From assembly GCA_001189215.1 (NCBI GenBank), contig LFCR01000004.1, forward strand, positions 95,391 through 159,390: 64,000 nucleotides of DNA, in the 5' to 3' direction. The DNA is from Parcubacteria bacterium C7867-008. GTDB taxonomy: Bacteria > Patescibacteriota > Minisyncoccia > Phycocordibacterales > Phycocordibacteraceae. Of this stretch, positions 19,672-28,620 are shown piece by piece (within the stretch, counting starts at the first letter, position 1; every line of letters begins with the position of its first letter). Both the position numbers and the translations under genes were made by a program. The notes under the pieces are model-generated. The model was given only the letters and a program-made list of their open reading frames with translations. It had not been told where the DNA came from and did no database searches.

Positions 19672-19965
19672 ATGAGCAGCAATCCGCTTGAAAGAAGACC
19701 AGCGCCAGCCGTTGAAACAGAATCTCAATTTACAGAAAAGGAAGAAAAGGTAATTGACTACTTAGTACAAGCTCTAGCTACTGAGGCAAATAACCCAGAG
19801 ATTCGAGTTAAGACCTCTGAAATAATAAAGAAAAGGTTGCAACAGATTGCCGATGTGGGCAGAAATATGCCTGAGATTCAGGAAGTGTTTACGAATCTTT
19901 CATTACGCCAGGAGGTTGTTGATAGATTCTACGCAAAATATCTTGATAGAGGACGTAGTCAGTAA
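19672..19965 (+). CDS. hypothetical acidic protein, AT-rich
   Basis: Start at the internal Met (MSSNPLERR) of ORF 19408-19965. Confidence 0.3.
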   Translation: MSSNPLERRPAPAVETESQFTEKEEKVIDYLVQALATEANNPEIRVKTSEIIKKRLQQIADVGRNMPEIQEVFTNLSLRQEVVDRFYAKYLDRGRSQ

Positions 19966-20019
19966 ACAGAAAAGCCACAGGCTGAGGGTTTGCACCTCAT
20001 ACCTGTGACCTTGGCTTAC

Positions 20020-20337
20020 TTAACTATCGTACTCATCGTCGATGTTGCAAATGCAATCTTGGCATCCGCAGTCATCACACCAATCTATATATTTGCAGTC
20101 GGGACAGAGCGGAACTAAATCTGACGAATCTACTCTGCGCATAGGGAAGGTTTTTCCGCATTCATAACAAATCGCACACATATGATTGCTCCATGTTTGA
20201 GCCGTATTGCTCAAACATGTTTCTCCACCGCTTGCTTCCTTACGGAAGGGGTAAGGTGAGAAAAGCTCGTACCTAACTAGGTCCTCTCTAAAACGCCCTG
20301 ATAACCCAAACGTGGCAAGGAGATGTCCGGATGACAT
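20020..20337 (-). CDS. Cys-rich (probable zinc-binding) hypothetical protein
   Basis: CAICYEC ... CPDCKYIDWCDDCGCQDCIC. Confidence 0.4.
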   Translation of the reverse strand: MSSGHLLATFGLSGRFREDLVRYELFSPYPFRKEASGGETCLSNTAQTWSNHMCAICYECGKTFPMRRVDSSDLVPLCPDCKYIDWCDDCGCQDCICNIDDEYDS

Positions 20338-20465
20338 TTCGAGCTAATTCTAAGTTCAATTGGCAATATGCATTATTAAATAATATATATGATATGTCAA
20401 ATATAAAGTTAATTATTGATTGCAGTATCTGATCCACCTGGCAGAGAACATTTGAATCTGTTTTG

Positions 20466-20524
20466 TATAAACAGAAGCCGCCCACCAAGAAGTGGTCCTA
20501 GTGGGACGAGCTCCTTGGTGGGCG
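20466..20524 (-). terminator. intrinsic terminator hairpin
   Basis: GCCGCCCACCAAG...CTTGGTGGGCG, A/T flanked. Confidence 0.4.
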
Positions 20525-20532
20525 ACGGTGCG

Positions 20533-20856
20533 CTAGTCTAGAAAATCAGGGTTGCGCGTAACGAGATCGTTGAACTTTTCCTTACCTGCCGTGTCCTCGT
20601 CTTCGGGCCAGTAGAACTTGGCCGTACCGGCGCCGACCAGATCATCAACCTGTTCCGGAGTCATGTAGGCGAGACCGATTGACCGACTGATCTGATAGAC
20701 GGCAGAGGAGTCCGTCCTGATCAAATAGCCGTTGAGACAGATTTCCGGGTTCTGCGAACAGCCGGGTTGCGAGACCTTGGTCGCCTTCGGCACAGAAACG
20801 GGCGAGCACGCGACAAACATCAGGGCCGCAACGGCACCAAACAGATACGATTTCAT
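20533..20856 (-). CDS. lipoprotein (lipobox FVAC), GC-rich
   Basis: MKSYLFGAVAALMFVACSP signal plus lipobox; GC-rich islet. Confidence 0.5.
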   Translation of the reverse strand: MKSYLFGAVAALMFVACSPVSVPKATKVSQPGCSQNPEICLNGYLIRTDSSAVYQISRSIGLAYMTPEQVDDLVGAGTAKFYWPEDEDTAGKEKFNDLVTRNPDFLD

Positions 20857-21006
20857 TTAATTTCTTCGCTGTCCATGCAGCGCCTTTCTGTACTTATTAT
20901 AAATAAATATTTATATATGTCAAATTCTTACTTCGCGGCTAGGATGAAGTTCGGTTAACCATGATCGCATGAAAAGCCTCTAAATCATGAGGTGTATAAT
21001 TAGTAA

Positions 21007-21417
21007 GTGATACGAATACAGAAAAGTCTTGCGGCGGTATTAGCTCTATTTTTTATAGGAGGTATCTTTCTCTGTGTAGGTAGTCTTTCAGTAATGAACC
21101 ACAGCATGTCCGCAGGCATGCCGTGTCCAATGGCAAGTGATCATGATGGGTGTTCGACTCCTTCCGACCACATTTCCTATTGGAGCGACATTCTTTCCGT
21201 AATACCTGCTGACTTCGCTGCACTCGTGCTGGCATTGGCAGCAGTCTGCGCTTGCGCATGGTTGATTAGTCGACATATTTGGAACTTAGCAAAGAAGCTT
21301 CCTCTCCTTCAACAGGCAACCTCACCGCCACTCAAATTTGTACCAAGACACATTCTGCAAGAAGCATTATCCAACGGCACTCTTCATCCAAAGCTGTACC
21401 ATACATTTTGTAGTTAA
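21007..21417 (+). CDS. membrane protein with Met/Cys/His-rich segment
   Basis: TM helix, then MSAGMPCPMASDHDGCSTPSDH. Confidence 0.4.
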   Translation: MIRIQKSLAAVLALFFIGGIFLCVGSLSVMNHSMSAGMPCPMASDHDGCSTPSDHISYWSDILSVIPADFAALVLALAAVCACAWLISRHIWNLAKKLPLLQQATSPPLKFVPRHILQEALSNGTLHPKLYHTFCS

Positions 21418-21439
21418 ATTTATTCGTTCACTCAAGACT

Positions 21440-21859
21440 ATGAACACAACTACAAAAGTTATTGTTGCAGCGCTTATTGGTCTCGTGGTGGGTGTGGGAG
21501 GCACCGCTACCTTCTCAAGAGGAGATAAGGATACTGGGCGTGAGGATGTTCAACACGAGATGGCTAACCGCCAAATGATGGGAGGCAATAGCATGGGAAT
21601 GCAGGATGAAATGGGTGCAATGAATGGCATGCTCCAAGGGAAGACGGGGGATGCGTTTGATAAAGCGTTCCTTTCAGAAATGATAGCCCATCACCAAGGA
21701 GCTGTTGTAATGGCACAAGAGGCGCTTAAGAATGCAAAACACCAGGAAATAAAAGACTTGGCACAAGATATCATCACCGCGCAGAACAAAGAGATAACAG
21801 AAATGAAAGCATGGCAGATGGCATGGTACGGTTCAGAGAAACCGAGTTCAAGCCGCTAA
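21440..21859 (+). CDS. DUF305-family protein (metal/copper-resistance associated)
   Basis: FLSEMIAHHQGAVVMAQ signature; start at internal Met MNTTTKVIVAALIG (TM). Confidence 0.6.
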   Translation: MNTTTKVIVAALIGLVVGVGGTATFSRGDKDTGREDVQHEMANRQMMGGNSMGMQDEMGAMNGMLQGKTGDAFDKAFLSEMIAHHQGAVVMAQEALKNAKHQEIKDLAQDIITAQNKEITEMKAWQMAWYGSEKPSSSR

Positions 21860-22054
21860 CACATTAGTTTCAACTGACTTAAACGTAACGCAAAACACCC
21901 AGAGAAATCTGGGTGTTTTGTTGGCTCGCTTTGACTGACGATTTTCTAACTATAGATTGGTCTGAAGAGTACCCATATCCCACAATCACACTGCAAGAGA
22001 CAGCTAACTTACTGTCAATATAAAACACCCGCGTGGGGTGTTTTTATATCTTGA

Positions 22055-22246
22055 TTACGCCTGGTCTACTGGTGCGGCATCAAATCTCGCCCTGTTTTCA
22101 GCCATCCACTTATTCATATCTCCGTTAGGGTCATTCATCACTTCGGGATGTGCCTGCATATAATGAGGTTGTAGTGCCTCCATCCATTCTTCAAAGGTCT
22201 CGCCCTTCGCTGTCGTTTCGCATAAATCGCATTTGAGTGTCTTCAT
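22055..22246 (-). CDS. small CxxC protein (DUF1059-like)
   Basis: MKTLKCDLCETTAKGETFEEWMEALQPHYMQAHP. Confidence 0.4.
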   Translation of the reverse strand: MKTLKCDLCETTAKGETFEEWMEALQPHYMQAHPEVMNDPNGDMNKWMAENRARFDAAPVDQA

Positions 22247-22430
22247 ATTTGTTAGTTAGTGGTAATGCAGAAAACGTATCACGGATTACGACAAGTTCGA
22301 AACTGCTTTAGGGCAAAAGAAAAACACCTTACGAAATAAGGCGTTTTCTCTGGCTCCGCTGGGTAGCGGACGTTAGAACTTCTGTTTAAACAGAAAACCG
22401 CCCGAAGGAGGTTTTCCTTTGGACGGTTGC

Positions 22431-22661
22431 TTAGTTGCTATGCGCATACCCTGCATAAATCACGTCGCTGCTGCCGTTACGCACATAGGTCATCAGCTGG
22501 GTCGTGGGTTGGCCATCTTGCTGCCCACGCCAGGTAATCGTGGCAGCCTTTCCATCAAAACCTTCATCTTCAAGCAAGGTCCGAAGATGTTCCTCGCTAG
22601 TTGCCCGTCGGATGAGGCGCTCAATTTGACGCCCAAAATCCTCGTCCGTACTACTTTCCAT
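22431..22661 (-). CDS. hypothetical protein
   Basis: 76-aa ORF directly downstream of the tRNA 3' end. Confidence 0.3.
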   Translation of the reverse strand: MESSTDEDFGRQIERLIRRATSEEHLRTLLEDEGFDGKAATITWRGQQDGQPTTQLMTYVRNGSSDVIYAGYAHSN

Positions 22662-22726
22662 TGGAATTACTCCAGGTTCAATTCAGAATATACAATAGCA
22701 CGGTATACAGATATAGTCAAGTTTTG

Positions 22727-22798
22727 CTCCGCGGGTAGGATTCGAACCTACGACCAAGTCGTTAACAGCGACCTGCTCTACCACTGAGCTACCGCGGA
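22727..22798 (-). tRNA. tRNA-Asn (anticodon GTT); no encoded CCA
   Basis: Cloverleaf folded by hand. Acceptor TCCGCGG/CCGCGGA, D-arm GCTC-AGTGGTA-GAGC, anticodon arm GGTCG-CTGTTAA-CGACT, variable TGGTC, T-arm GTAGG-TTCGAAT-CCTAC, discriminator G. Confidence 0.85.
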
Positions 22799-22838
22799 AT
22801 GTAGCCTCCGAAGAGGCTGCATAGTTCCCGAAGGAACT

Positions 22839-23363
22839 TTGGCTATTCTAGCGGAAAACCAAGATTCAGCAACGGGTATAACTACACGTACCTTATTGAC
22901 TAACCCACGACACAGGACTAGGCTGCACACGGAGCTTGAGTGGGAGAGCACCGTGGTAAAACGGAGGAACGGTAATGGACGCAGGCGGGGAAAACTCAAA
23001 CATGAACTTACATGCAATGAGCGCGAGTACGGACGCATTGTCCGGCTTTGCGCTTCAGCGCTTCGAGCTGATGTAAACAAAGTTGGAAGACGCGCATACT
23101 ATGCACATCGAGGGGTATTGCGCCTCTTACCGCCAGGTATATATGTTGATGAAAATGGAAGAAAAAGAGAAGTCATCGGCATTGTGCTTGGCGAAACCGA
23201 TAGTGGGGTAGAACGATATCTTGTATTGTATATTGCAATTCTAAAGAACGGGGAACGTGAGCTGCAATACCGCTCACTTATTGAGAAGACTGGATGGTTT
23301 AGATACCTGATAGATCCAGAGACACCAAGATTTACGTACATCGGTACGAATTATGGGAACTAG
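22839..23363 (+). CDS. hypothetical protein
   Basis: 174-aa ORF; no motif recognised. Confidence 0.35.
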   Translation: MAILAENQDSATGITTRTLLTNPRHRTRLHTELEWESTVVKRRNGNGRRRGKLKHELTCNEREYGRIVRLCASALRADVNKVGRRAYYAHRGVLRLLPPGIYVDENGRKREVIGIVLGETDSGVERYLVLYIAILKNGERELQYRSLIEKTGWFRYLIDPETPRFTYIGTNYGN

Positions 23364-23471
23364 CACCGCAGCCAGCATTACTGGCTGCGGTTCCACTTTA
23401 TGTTTTTGAAGATATAAGACTAGCTTGAAGCGCTGTTGTAGGAGAGAATAGAGATTCAAACTTTCATTTCT

Positions 23472-23708
23472 ATGCTCACACTGTATGTAAAAACGGGCTG
23501 TCCTTATTGTGCAAAAGTTCTAACCGCAGGTGAAGAGCTTGGTATCGACTTCGACATTCGCAATGTATCTGATGACGCAATATCTGATGAGCTTGTCGCA
23601 CGAGGCGGTAAGCGTCAGATGCCATATCTCGTAGACACCGAAAAGAATGTTGAGATGTATGAGTCAGAAGACATTGTTGCGTATCTTCATCAACGCTTCG
23701 CAGTATAA
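23472..23708 (+). CDS. glutaredoxin-like protein
   Basis: CPYC active site in a thioredoxin-fold context (LYVKTGCPYCAKV). Confidence 0.7.
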   Translation: MLTLYVKTGCPYCAKVLTAGEELGIDFDIRNVSDDAISDELVARGGKRQMPYLVDTEKNVEMYESEDIVAYLHQRFAV

Positions 23709-23757
23709 TAGGTAAGGTTTATAGGTTGTGCGCTAGACCAGTAACTTCCTATTTCAT

Positions 23758-24129
23758 ATGAATATATACTTCAAGAATACTCATCCTGATGTGCAAACTT
23801 CTCTCATCTCGCGAGCAGAGAAAAAGATTAACAGTCTCTCAAAGCAAATAGATGAAGGAAGATTTGAGGCTCAGACATATGTTGAGATAACGAAGGCAAC
23901 CGGTTCACAGCACTCTGACGCAGCATGGCGTACCAGCATCAATGTTGATATCAGAGGTGAACGATTCCATGCGGAATCGGTACAAAATACGCCAGAGAAA
24001 GCAACGAACCGAGCAATCAATGAAATACGAAGTGAACTGCGCACACATAGGGAACGAGAGCGCGTAACAGAGCGAAAGGATGGCAGCTTCTGGAAGACGC
24101 TTCAGCAGCGCGACTTCAGTCCGCAATAG
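23758..24129 (+). CDS. hpf: ribosome hibernation promoting factor / RaiA family
   Basis: MNIYFKNTHPDVQTSLISRAEKKINSLSK...RGERFHAESV matches the YfiA/HPF pattern. Confidence 0.6.
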   Translation: MNIYFKNTHPDVQTSLISRAEKKINSLSKQIDEGRFEAQTYVEITKATGSQHSDAAWRTSINVDIRGERFHAESVQNTPEKATNRAINEIRSELRTHRERERVTERKDGSFWKTLQQRDFSPQ

Positions 24130-24976
24130 ACGCCAGAAACGTCTGGTACGGCATCTCTCGTTTCCCTTCAGGGATTACCTGTTCGATAACAAAGGCATCA
24201 TCACGGTATGATGCCTTTGTTATTTTCACGCGTATCTTTATCCCGTTTCGTTCTACAAAGAAATACAGACCTGGCCAGCCTTCATACGCGCAGTATTTAA
24301 GATAATTCTCTCGTGCAGGACCCGTAGGATCAATGAGCCCATCTTCTTTCTCTATCTTACGCGTGAATGTAACGAGAGTATTATCTTGTGGCGTTGCAGG
24401 AATAGTACCCGCAACCCAACCAGGTAATACGGAAGCAAGAGAGCACCCACCGGCGCGAGCAAGTATCTCAGACAACTCTGTTCGTCCAACGGGCCATCCT
24501 GAAATCTCTATACGTTCTTGCGCAAGAACAGGACCAGTGTCCATACCTTCATCAAGCAACATAATAGACACCCCAACCTCCTTCTCATCTGAAAGAATCT
24601 GTCCTTCGATCGGAGCTGCTCCTCGATACTTAGGGAGGAGTGATGGATGCACATTGATGCAGCCATGAGGAGTGAGGCTCAGCACACGTTTAGAAAGAAT
24701 CTTTCCATATGCGGCAACCACAAATACTTCACACTCATAGGCACTAATTTCAGTACGAAAAGCAGCATCTAACTTCTCAGGCTGCAGAATAGGAATATTG
24801 TGCTCACGTGCCCACACCTTAACCTCAGACTCGGTGAGCTGCATGCCACGACCCGCAGGACGGTCTGGTGCTGTAACAATCACCTTAGGAAGCATCTCTG
24901 CTTTTTCCATCTCCTCTAGTACCCACACCGCCACCATAGGCGTACCGAAGAATGCGTAGTTGCTATTAGTCTTCAT
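24116..24976 (-). CDS. fmt: methionyl-tRNA formyltransferase
   Basis: HPSLLPKYRGAAPI and N-terminal FFGTP...AV motifs; start at the internal Met (MKTNSNYAFFGTP). Confidence 0.9.
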   Translation of the reverse strand: MKTNSNYAFFGTPMVAVWVLEEMEKAEMLPKVIVTAPDRPAGRGMQLTESEVKVWAREHNIPILQPEKLDAAFRTEISAYECEVFVVAAYGKILSKRVLSLTPHGCINVHPSLLPKYRGAAPIEGQILSDEKEVGVSIMLLDEGMDTGPVLAQERIEISGWPVGRTELSEILARAGGCSLASVLPGWVAGTIPATPQDNTLVTFTRKIEKEDGLIDPTGPARENYLKYCAYEGWPGLYFFVERNGIKIRVKITKASYRDDAFVIEQVIPEGKREMPYQTFLASIAD

Positions 24977-25493
24977 GATGGTGCTTTTCTTCGCGATGAA
25001 CCTCAAATTGCTCGTGCGCATGATCAATAAACAAGATGCCATTTAAATGATCAATTTCATGCTGGAAGACTTGTGCAAGAATACCGCCACCGCCACGTTC
25101 AAACTTGGCGCCATCTACCGTGCGTGCACGTACGGTAGCTCGATCATGTCGAACGGTCTTTCCATAGATACCACGTACGGAGAGACACCCCTCGTCCATC
25201 TCCACCTGACGACGAGATGCCTTCACAAATTCAGGATTGATATAGATCCCCACATGAGCCGGAAGTGGTGCATCACCAGGTGATGAGAGGAGTCGGTCAT
25301 AGCGCACGATAAACAATCGCTTACTCACCCCAACCTGAGGAGCAGCAAGTGCCACGCCATCTGGTTCAGCATTCAATGCCTCGGCCATTCCATCAACCAG
25401 CGCCTTAAGTTCGGGGGTACCAAACTCTTCTTCGGTGATGGAATCAGACACTGCATCAAGTACCGGGTCTCCATCTTGAACAATGCTATACAT
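24966..25493 (-). CDS. def: peptide deformylase
   Basis: GVALAAPQVG, EGCLS and HEIDHLNG motifs; start at the internal Met (MYSIVQDG). Confidence 0.9.
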   Translation of the reverse strand: MYSIVQDGDPVLDAVSDSITEEEFGTPELKALVDGMAEALNAEPDGVALAAPQVGVSKRLFIVRYDRLLSSPGDAPLPAHVGIYINPEFVKASRRQVEMDEGCLSVRGIYGKTVRHDRATVRARTVDGAKFERGGGGILAQVFQHEIDHLNGILFIDHAHEQFEVHREEKHHHED

Positions 25494-25562
25494 GCGGACA
25501 CCATAGCATACGTAGGGATATGAAAAAGCCGCCTTCAAAGAAGACGGCGAATGGAACGAAAG

Positions 25563-25810
25563 AGCGGGGGGTGTACCGCCGACTGCCAGCGCTAACTTAT
25601 TGTAGGGTCCGTTGGGGCAAACCAGACAAAGAGAGCTGCTCAAGCAGTCGGCGGTACGACGCTGAAGACCGATACATACGGGAGGGAGGGGAGAGCGCCT
25701 CCTATTAGTCTTCAGCGAAATGGGAATCGAGGTACAAGTGGACTGGGGTGAGGGAGGGTTCGTGTCCCTCACCCCCTGGAGCTCTGGGTGAGGGACATCC
25801 CGAGCATCGA
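25563..25810. ncRNA. GC-rich structured element (candidate ncRNA) between priA and def
   Basis: 14-bp perfect inverted repeat GTACCGCCGACTGC...GCAGTCGGCGGTAC enclosing about 57 nt, then GGAGG..CCTCC and TGAGGGA-GGGTTCGTG-TCCCTCA hairpins; no plausible ORF. Confidence 0.3.
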
Positions 25811-25879
25811 CAGTGTCCAGTCTCAAGCTTTAGGCTCCTGCGAGGAAGACTTCAAACGAGGGACACCAATACTATAAGT

Positions 25880-27736
25880 CTAAAATGCTTCCGGGTCAAT
25901 AAGGATGCGCACCGAGGGTGGCAGAGTGCGAAGACGGGCATGCAGCTCTTGATTCGGCCAGATTCCTTCAGAAAGGTGCAATACGTAGGAACGTCGTAGC
26001 ATCGTTCGCGTAAGGGGACGATCGGGAAGTACCGTAAATGAATGTGTGCCAATCGCAGAACGAATTGCAGAGCCTAATGCATCAAGTTGATTTCGTGTTG
26101 CTTCTGCTTGTATTGAAATGAGTGTCCCAAAAGGTGGGTAGTGGAGAGCAGAACGAAGTGCCGTCTCCTCTGTAAAGAAAGAAGTTGTTTGCGGATGAAG
26201 TACTGCGTCCACAGCTGTATCTTCAGGAAGACGCGTGCCAAGGAGCAACCGTTCTGTCATACCAACAACGGTGTATGCAAGACGAACAAATCGTTCTCGT
26301 GCTCGCCAGAACGGAAGCGCAAGTAGACTATCTGCTGATGCAATCACCACAAGATCAAATTGAGGCACCTGCGATGCTCGTATCCAGGGTACAGCACCTT
26401 CTGTACCAACAACAATAGTGCACGGACGGGGAGCATCAACAAGTGCTTTCTTTGCCATGGAGAGAGTGCGCACCGTATCACCATCAAATCGGATGACAGT
26501 GGCGTCGGGAAAAGCTGCACGAAGCTCTTCTTCAACTCGTTCAACACCAACACCAAGGGGCATAAGGTTCCAGCTCTTACATAGCTCACAAAGCACATTC
26601 GTATTCTCAAGTATCCTTCCATCTACCGTACGGAAGGCACGTCCGTGTGGACCTTCTTTTGTAAACGTGAGTACGTTACCAAATTCATCAACACGGGTGG
26701 TACCGCAATCCCTACACACGACGCTTGGTGCATACCCCCTACGCACAGCAAGAGCCAGTACCCGACCTCCGGTATCAAGGGTCTTAGCAATCTCATCACG
26801 CATTGCCTGTGGCACTGCCATCCACTGCTCTTCTTTTGTCTCTTCCTCCACAACAGCCTTGGGCTTTTCAGTATCAAGCTTCTCCCGACGCATATCGAGG
26901 ATAGTAACGGATGGATCAGTAGTAGTGAGCGGAGCTGCGGGGTCCGGTCGGTACTCCAGAGGGAGTGGGAAATCCCCATACGCAAGATTAATTGATCTGG
27001 CACGTGCAAGTTCAGTGAGTGCGACACGCATATCGAGATACGGACGCTTTGGTGAGCGATAGCTACCTGCTCCTGCACGCTCAACAATGATGGTTCCAAG
27101 ATTCTGTATGGGGGTCCATGAAAATGATGGAGTACTTATAACCAAAGAAGCTGATGAAGCTGCATGAAGTGCTGCTTCACGTTTTTGTCCAACAAGGGTA
27201 CTTGAAAGCACTACAGGTTTGTATTTGGCTAGACACTGTTTCCAATATTCCGTCTCTGCAATAGTTGGAACAACAAGAAGTACAGGGTGCTGTGTTCTGG
27301 AAATGGAATCCGTGTACGAGCGTATACGCTCTTCAACGGGCATCTCTACCGTGTTCACCGCAAATCCTGAACCTTCGTGTAGGTTCTGTATTTCAGCAAA
27401 CGAGAGATCACTGCGTATATGTTCTCCAAACAGACTTCCGAGCGTGCTGCCTAGTGTTGATGCATGGAGTTGTGCGGTTCGTTCTGCAGCAGTACGTAAC
27501 GACTCAGGCAGTGTGCCCATAACCGTTGGCACACTCTTAGTAAGTACAAACGTTGCGTTCTTAAGTGTTGCCTTTGCCTCTGCAACACTCTGACAACTCA
27601 CCACCAATCCCTGTACCATCCGACGACGTAGCGAAACTTCCACAATCGTTCCTTCAGTAAGGGCGGTACGGCTACGATAGGTAAGTGTACCGGCGGGAGC
27701 GGTACGCGAAAAAGGGATCACGTCGACGACGTACAT
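25880..27736 (-). CDS. priA: primosomal protein N' (PriA) homolog with degenerate helicase motifs I and II
   Basis: PriA-like N-terminus; LVVPTIAETEYW and FSWTPIQNLGTIIV align to E. coli ALVMVPEIGLTPQ and LFTPFKNLGVIVI; Cys4 zinc cluster CRDC...CELC. Walker A reads GSGFA (not GSGKT) and DEEH reads ERAG. Confidence 0.75.
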   Translation of the reverse strand: MYVVDVIPFSRTAPAGTLTYRSRTALTEGTIVEVSLRRRMVQGLVVSCQSVAEAKATLKNATFVLTKSVPTVMGTLPESLRTAAERTAQLHASTLGSTLGSLFGEHIRSDLSFAEIQNLHEGSGFAVNTVEMPVEERIRSYTDSISRTQHPVLLVVPTIAETEYWKQCLAKYKPVVLSSTLVGQKREAALHAASSASLVISTPSFSWTPIQNLGTIIVERAGAGSYRSPKRPYLDMRVALTELARARSINLAYGDFPLPLEYRPDPAAPLTTTDPSVTILDMRREKLDTEKPKAVVEEETKEEQWMAVPQAMRDEIAKTLDTGGRVLALAVRRGYAPSVVCRDCGTTRVDEFGNVLTFTKEGPHGRAFRTVDGRILENTNVLCELCKSWNLMPLGVGVERVEEELRAAFPDATVIRFDGDTVRTLSMAKKALVDAPRPCTIVVGTEGAVPWIRASQVPQFDLVVIASADSLLALPFWRARERFVRLAYTVVGMTERLLLGTRLPEDTAVDAVLHPQTTSFFTEETALRSALHYPPFGTLISIQAEATRNQLDALGSAIRSAIGTHSFTVLPDRPLTRTMLRRSYVLHLSEGIWPNQELHARLRTLPPSVRILIDPEAF

Positions 27737-27763
27737 CCCTCTATCGTAGCAAATTTGGCTGAA

Positions 27764-28564
27764 CTAGATCGGAAGCGTAAACGTACGGTTATCGTCACGA
27801 ACAACGATAGTACCGGCATCCCACGGTATAGCGACCGGTGCCAGGCCTCCATTAAAGAGTGGCGCGAAGAACTGAGGCTTGAGTGGATTTAGCTCAAACA
27901 CGGCAAGGGTGGTGCCATACCCAATTATAAGAACGTCCTGACGTCCCGGATATGCAATGACAGAATGCAACTTAGCGATAGGCGCAAAGATAACGGTGGT
28001 AGCGCACGTACCTCCAACACAAAGATACGGCGGAGGGGTGCAGCCGGTTGAAGTTGCAACAGTTGCCACTACACGATTATTTGAAACAAATACATTTGCG
28101 CATCCATTTTCCATAACGATTGGGTGTGTTGCATCTGGAAGAAGTGCTGCGGCAAGTGCCTTCGTTGCTTCCGTGCGTGCTGGTTCTTCAAGAGAAGAAC
28201 GATCTGCTGTTACCGGAACAAACACCGGAGAAATACGCAGATCAGTACCTGCAGTTACGGGCACCAGATCGCTCCACGGATGGTTACCCACTGAGTCCAC
28301 GATGATGCTGTGATTACCGGGCACAAGTGCGATACGCACATCGGTACCGTGCCCTACCGCGCGCTTTGCCTCGTCTGCATACACCACCGCGTCAGTAGGG
28401 ATGTTTGTCAGAACGAGGGTACCGGCACGCACAACGGTGAGACCTGGACCAACACGGAAACCAAGTACATATCCCGCAGTAAATACCACGATAAGGAGAG
28501 CAATTATAAGAAGCGGTGCGTAACGACGAGCAAAGGAACGGATGCGTTTGAGTGTTGGATTCAT
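27764..28564 (-). CDS. membrane-anchored hypothetical protein
   Basis: N-terminal TM helix (LLIIALLIVVFTAGYVLGF), remainder extracytoplasmic. Confidence 0.45.
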   Translation of the reverse strand: MNPTLKRIRSFARRYAPLLIIALLIVVFTAGYVLGFRVGPGLTVVRAGTLVLTNIPTDAVVYADEAKRAVGHGTDVRIALVPGNHSIIVDSVGNHPWSDLVPVTAGTDLRISPVFVPVTADRSSLEEPARTEATKALAAALLPDATHPIVMENGCANVFVSNNRVVATVATSTGCTPPPYLCVGGTCATTVIFAPIAKLHSVIAYPGRQDVLIIGYGTTLAVFELNPLKPQFFAPLFNGGLAPVAIPWDAGTIVVRDDNRTFTLPI

Positions 28565-28620
28565 GCGAGGATTACGATATCAGAGAACTCTATAAGGAGC
28601 TACCGAAAGAATAGATGAAG

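Noticed and set aside
25563-25810. tmRNA (ssrA) assignment for the structured element
   Set aside because: A 5'/3' GGGGGGU/ACCCCCU pairing and a T-loop-like GGTTCG exist, but there is no G3-U70 pair, the T-loop is 9 nt, the 14-bp helix encloses only about 57 nt rather than the pseudoknot and tag region, and the only tag-like reading ends in ASY. Left as an unclassified candidate ncRNA.
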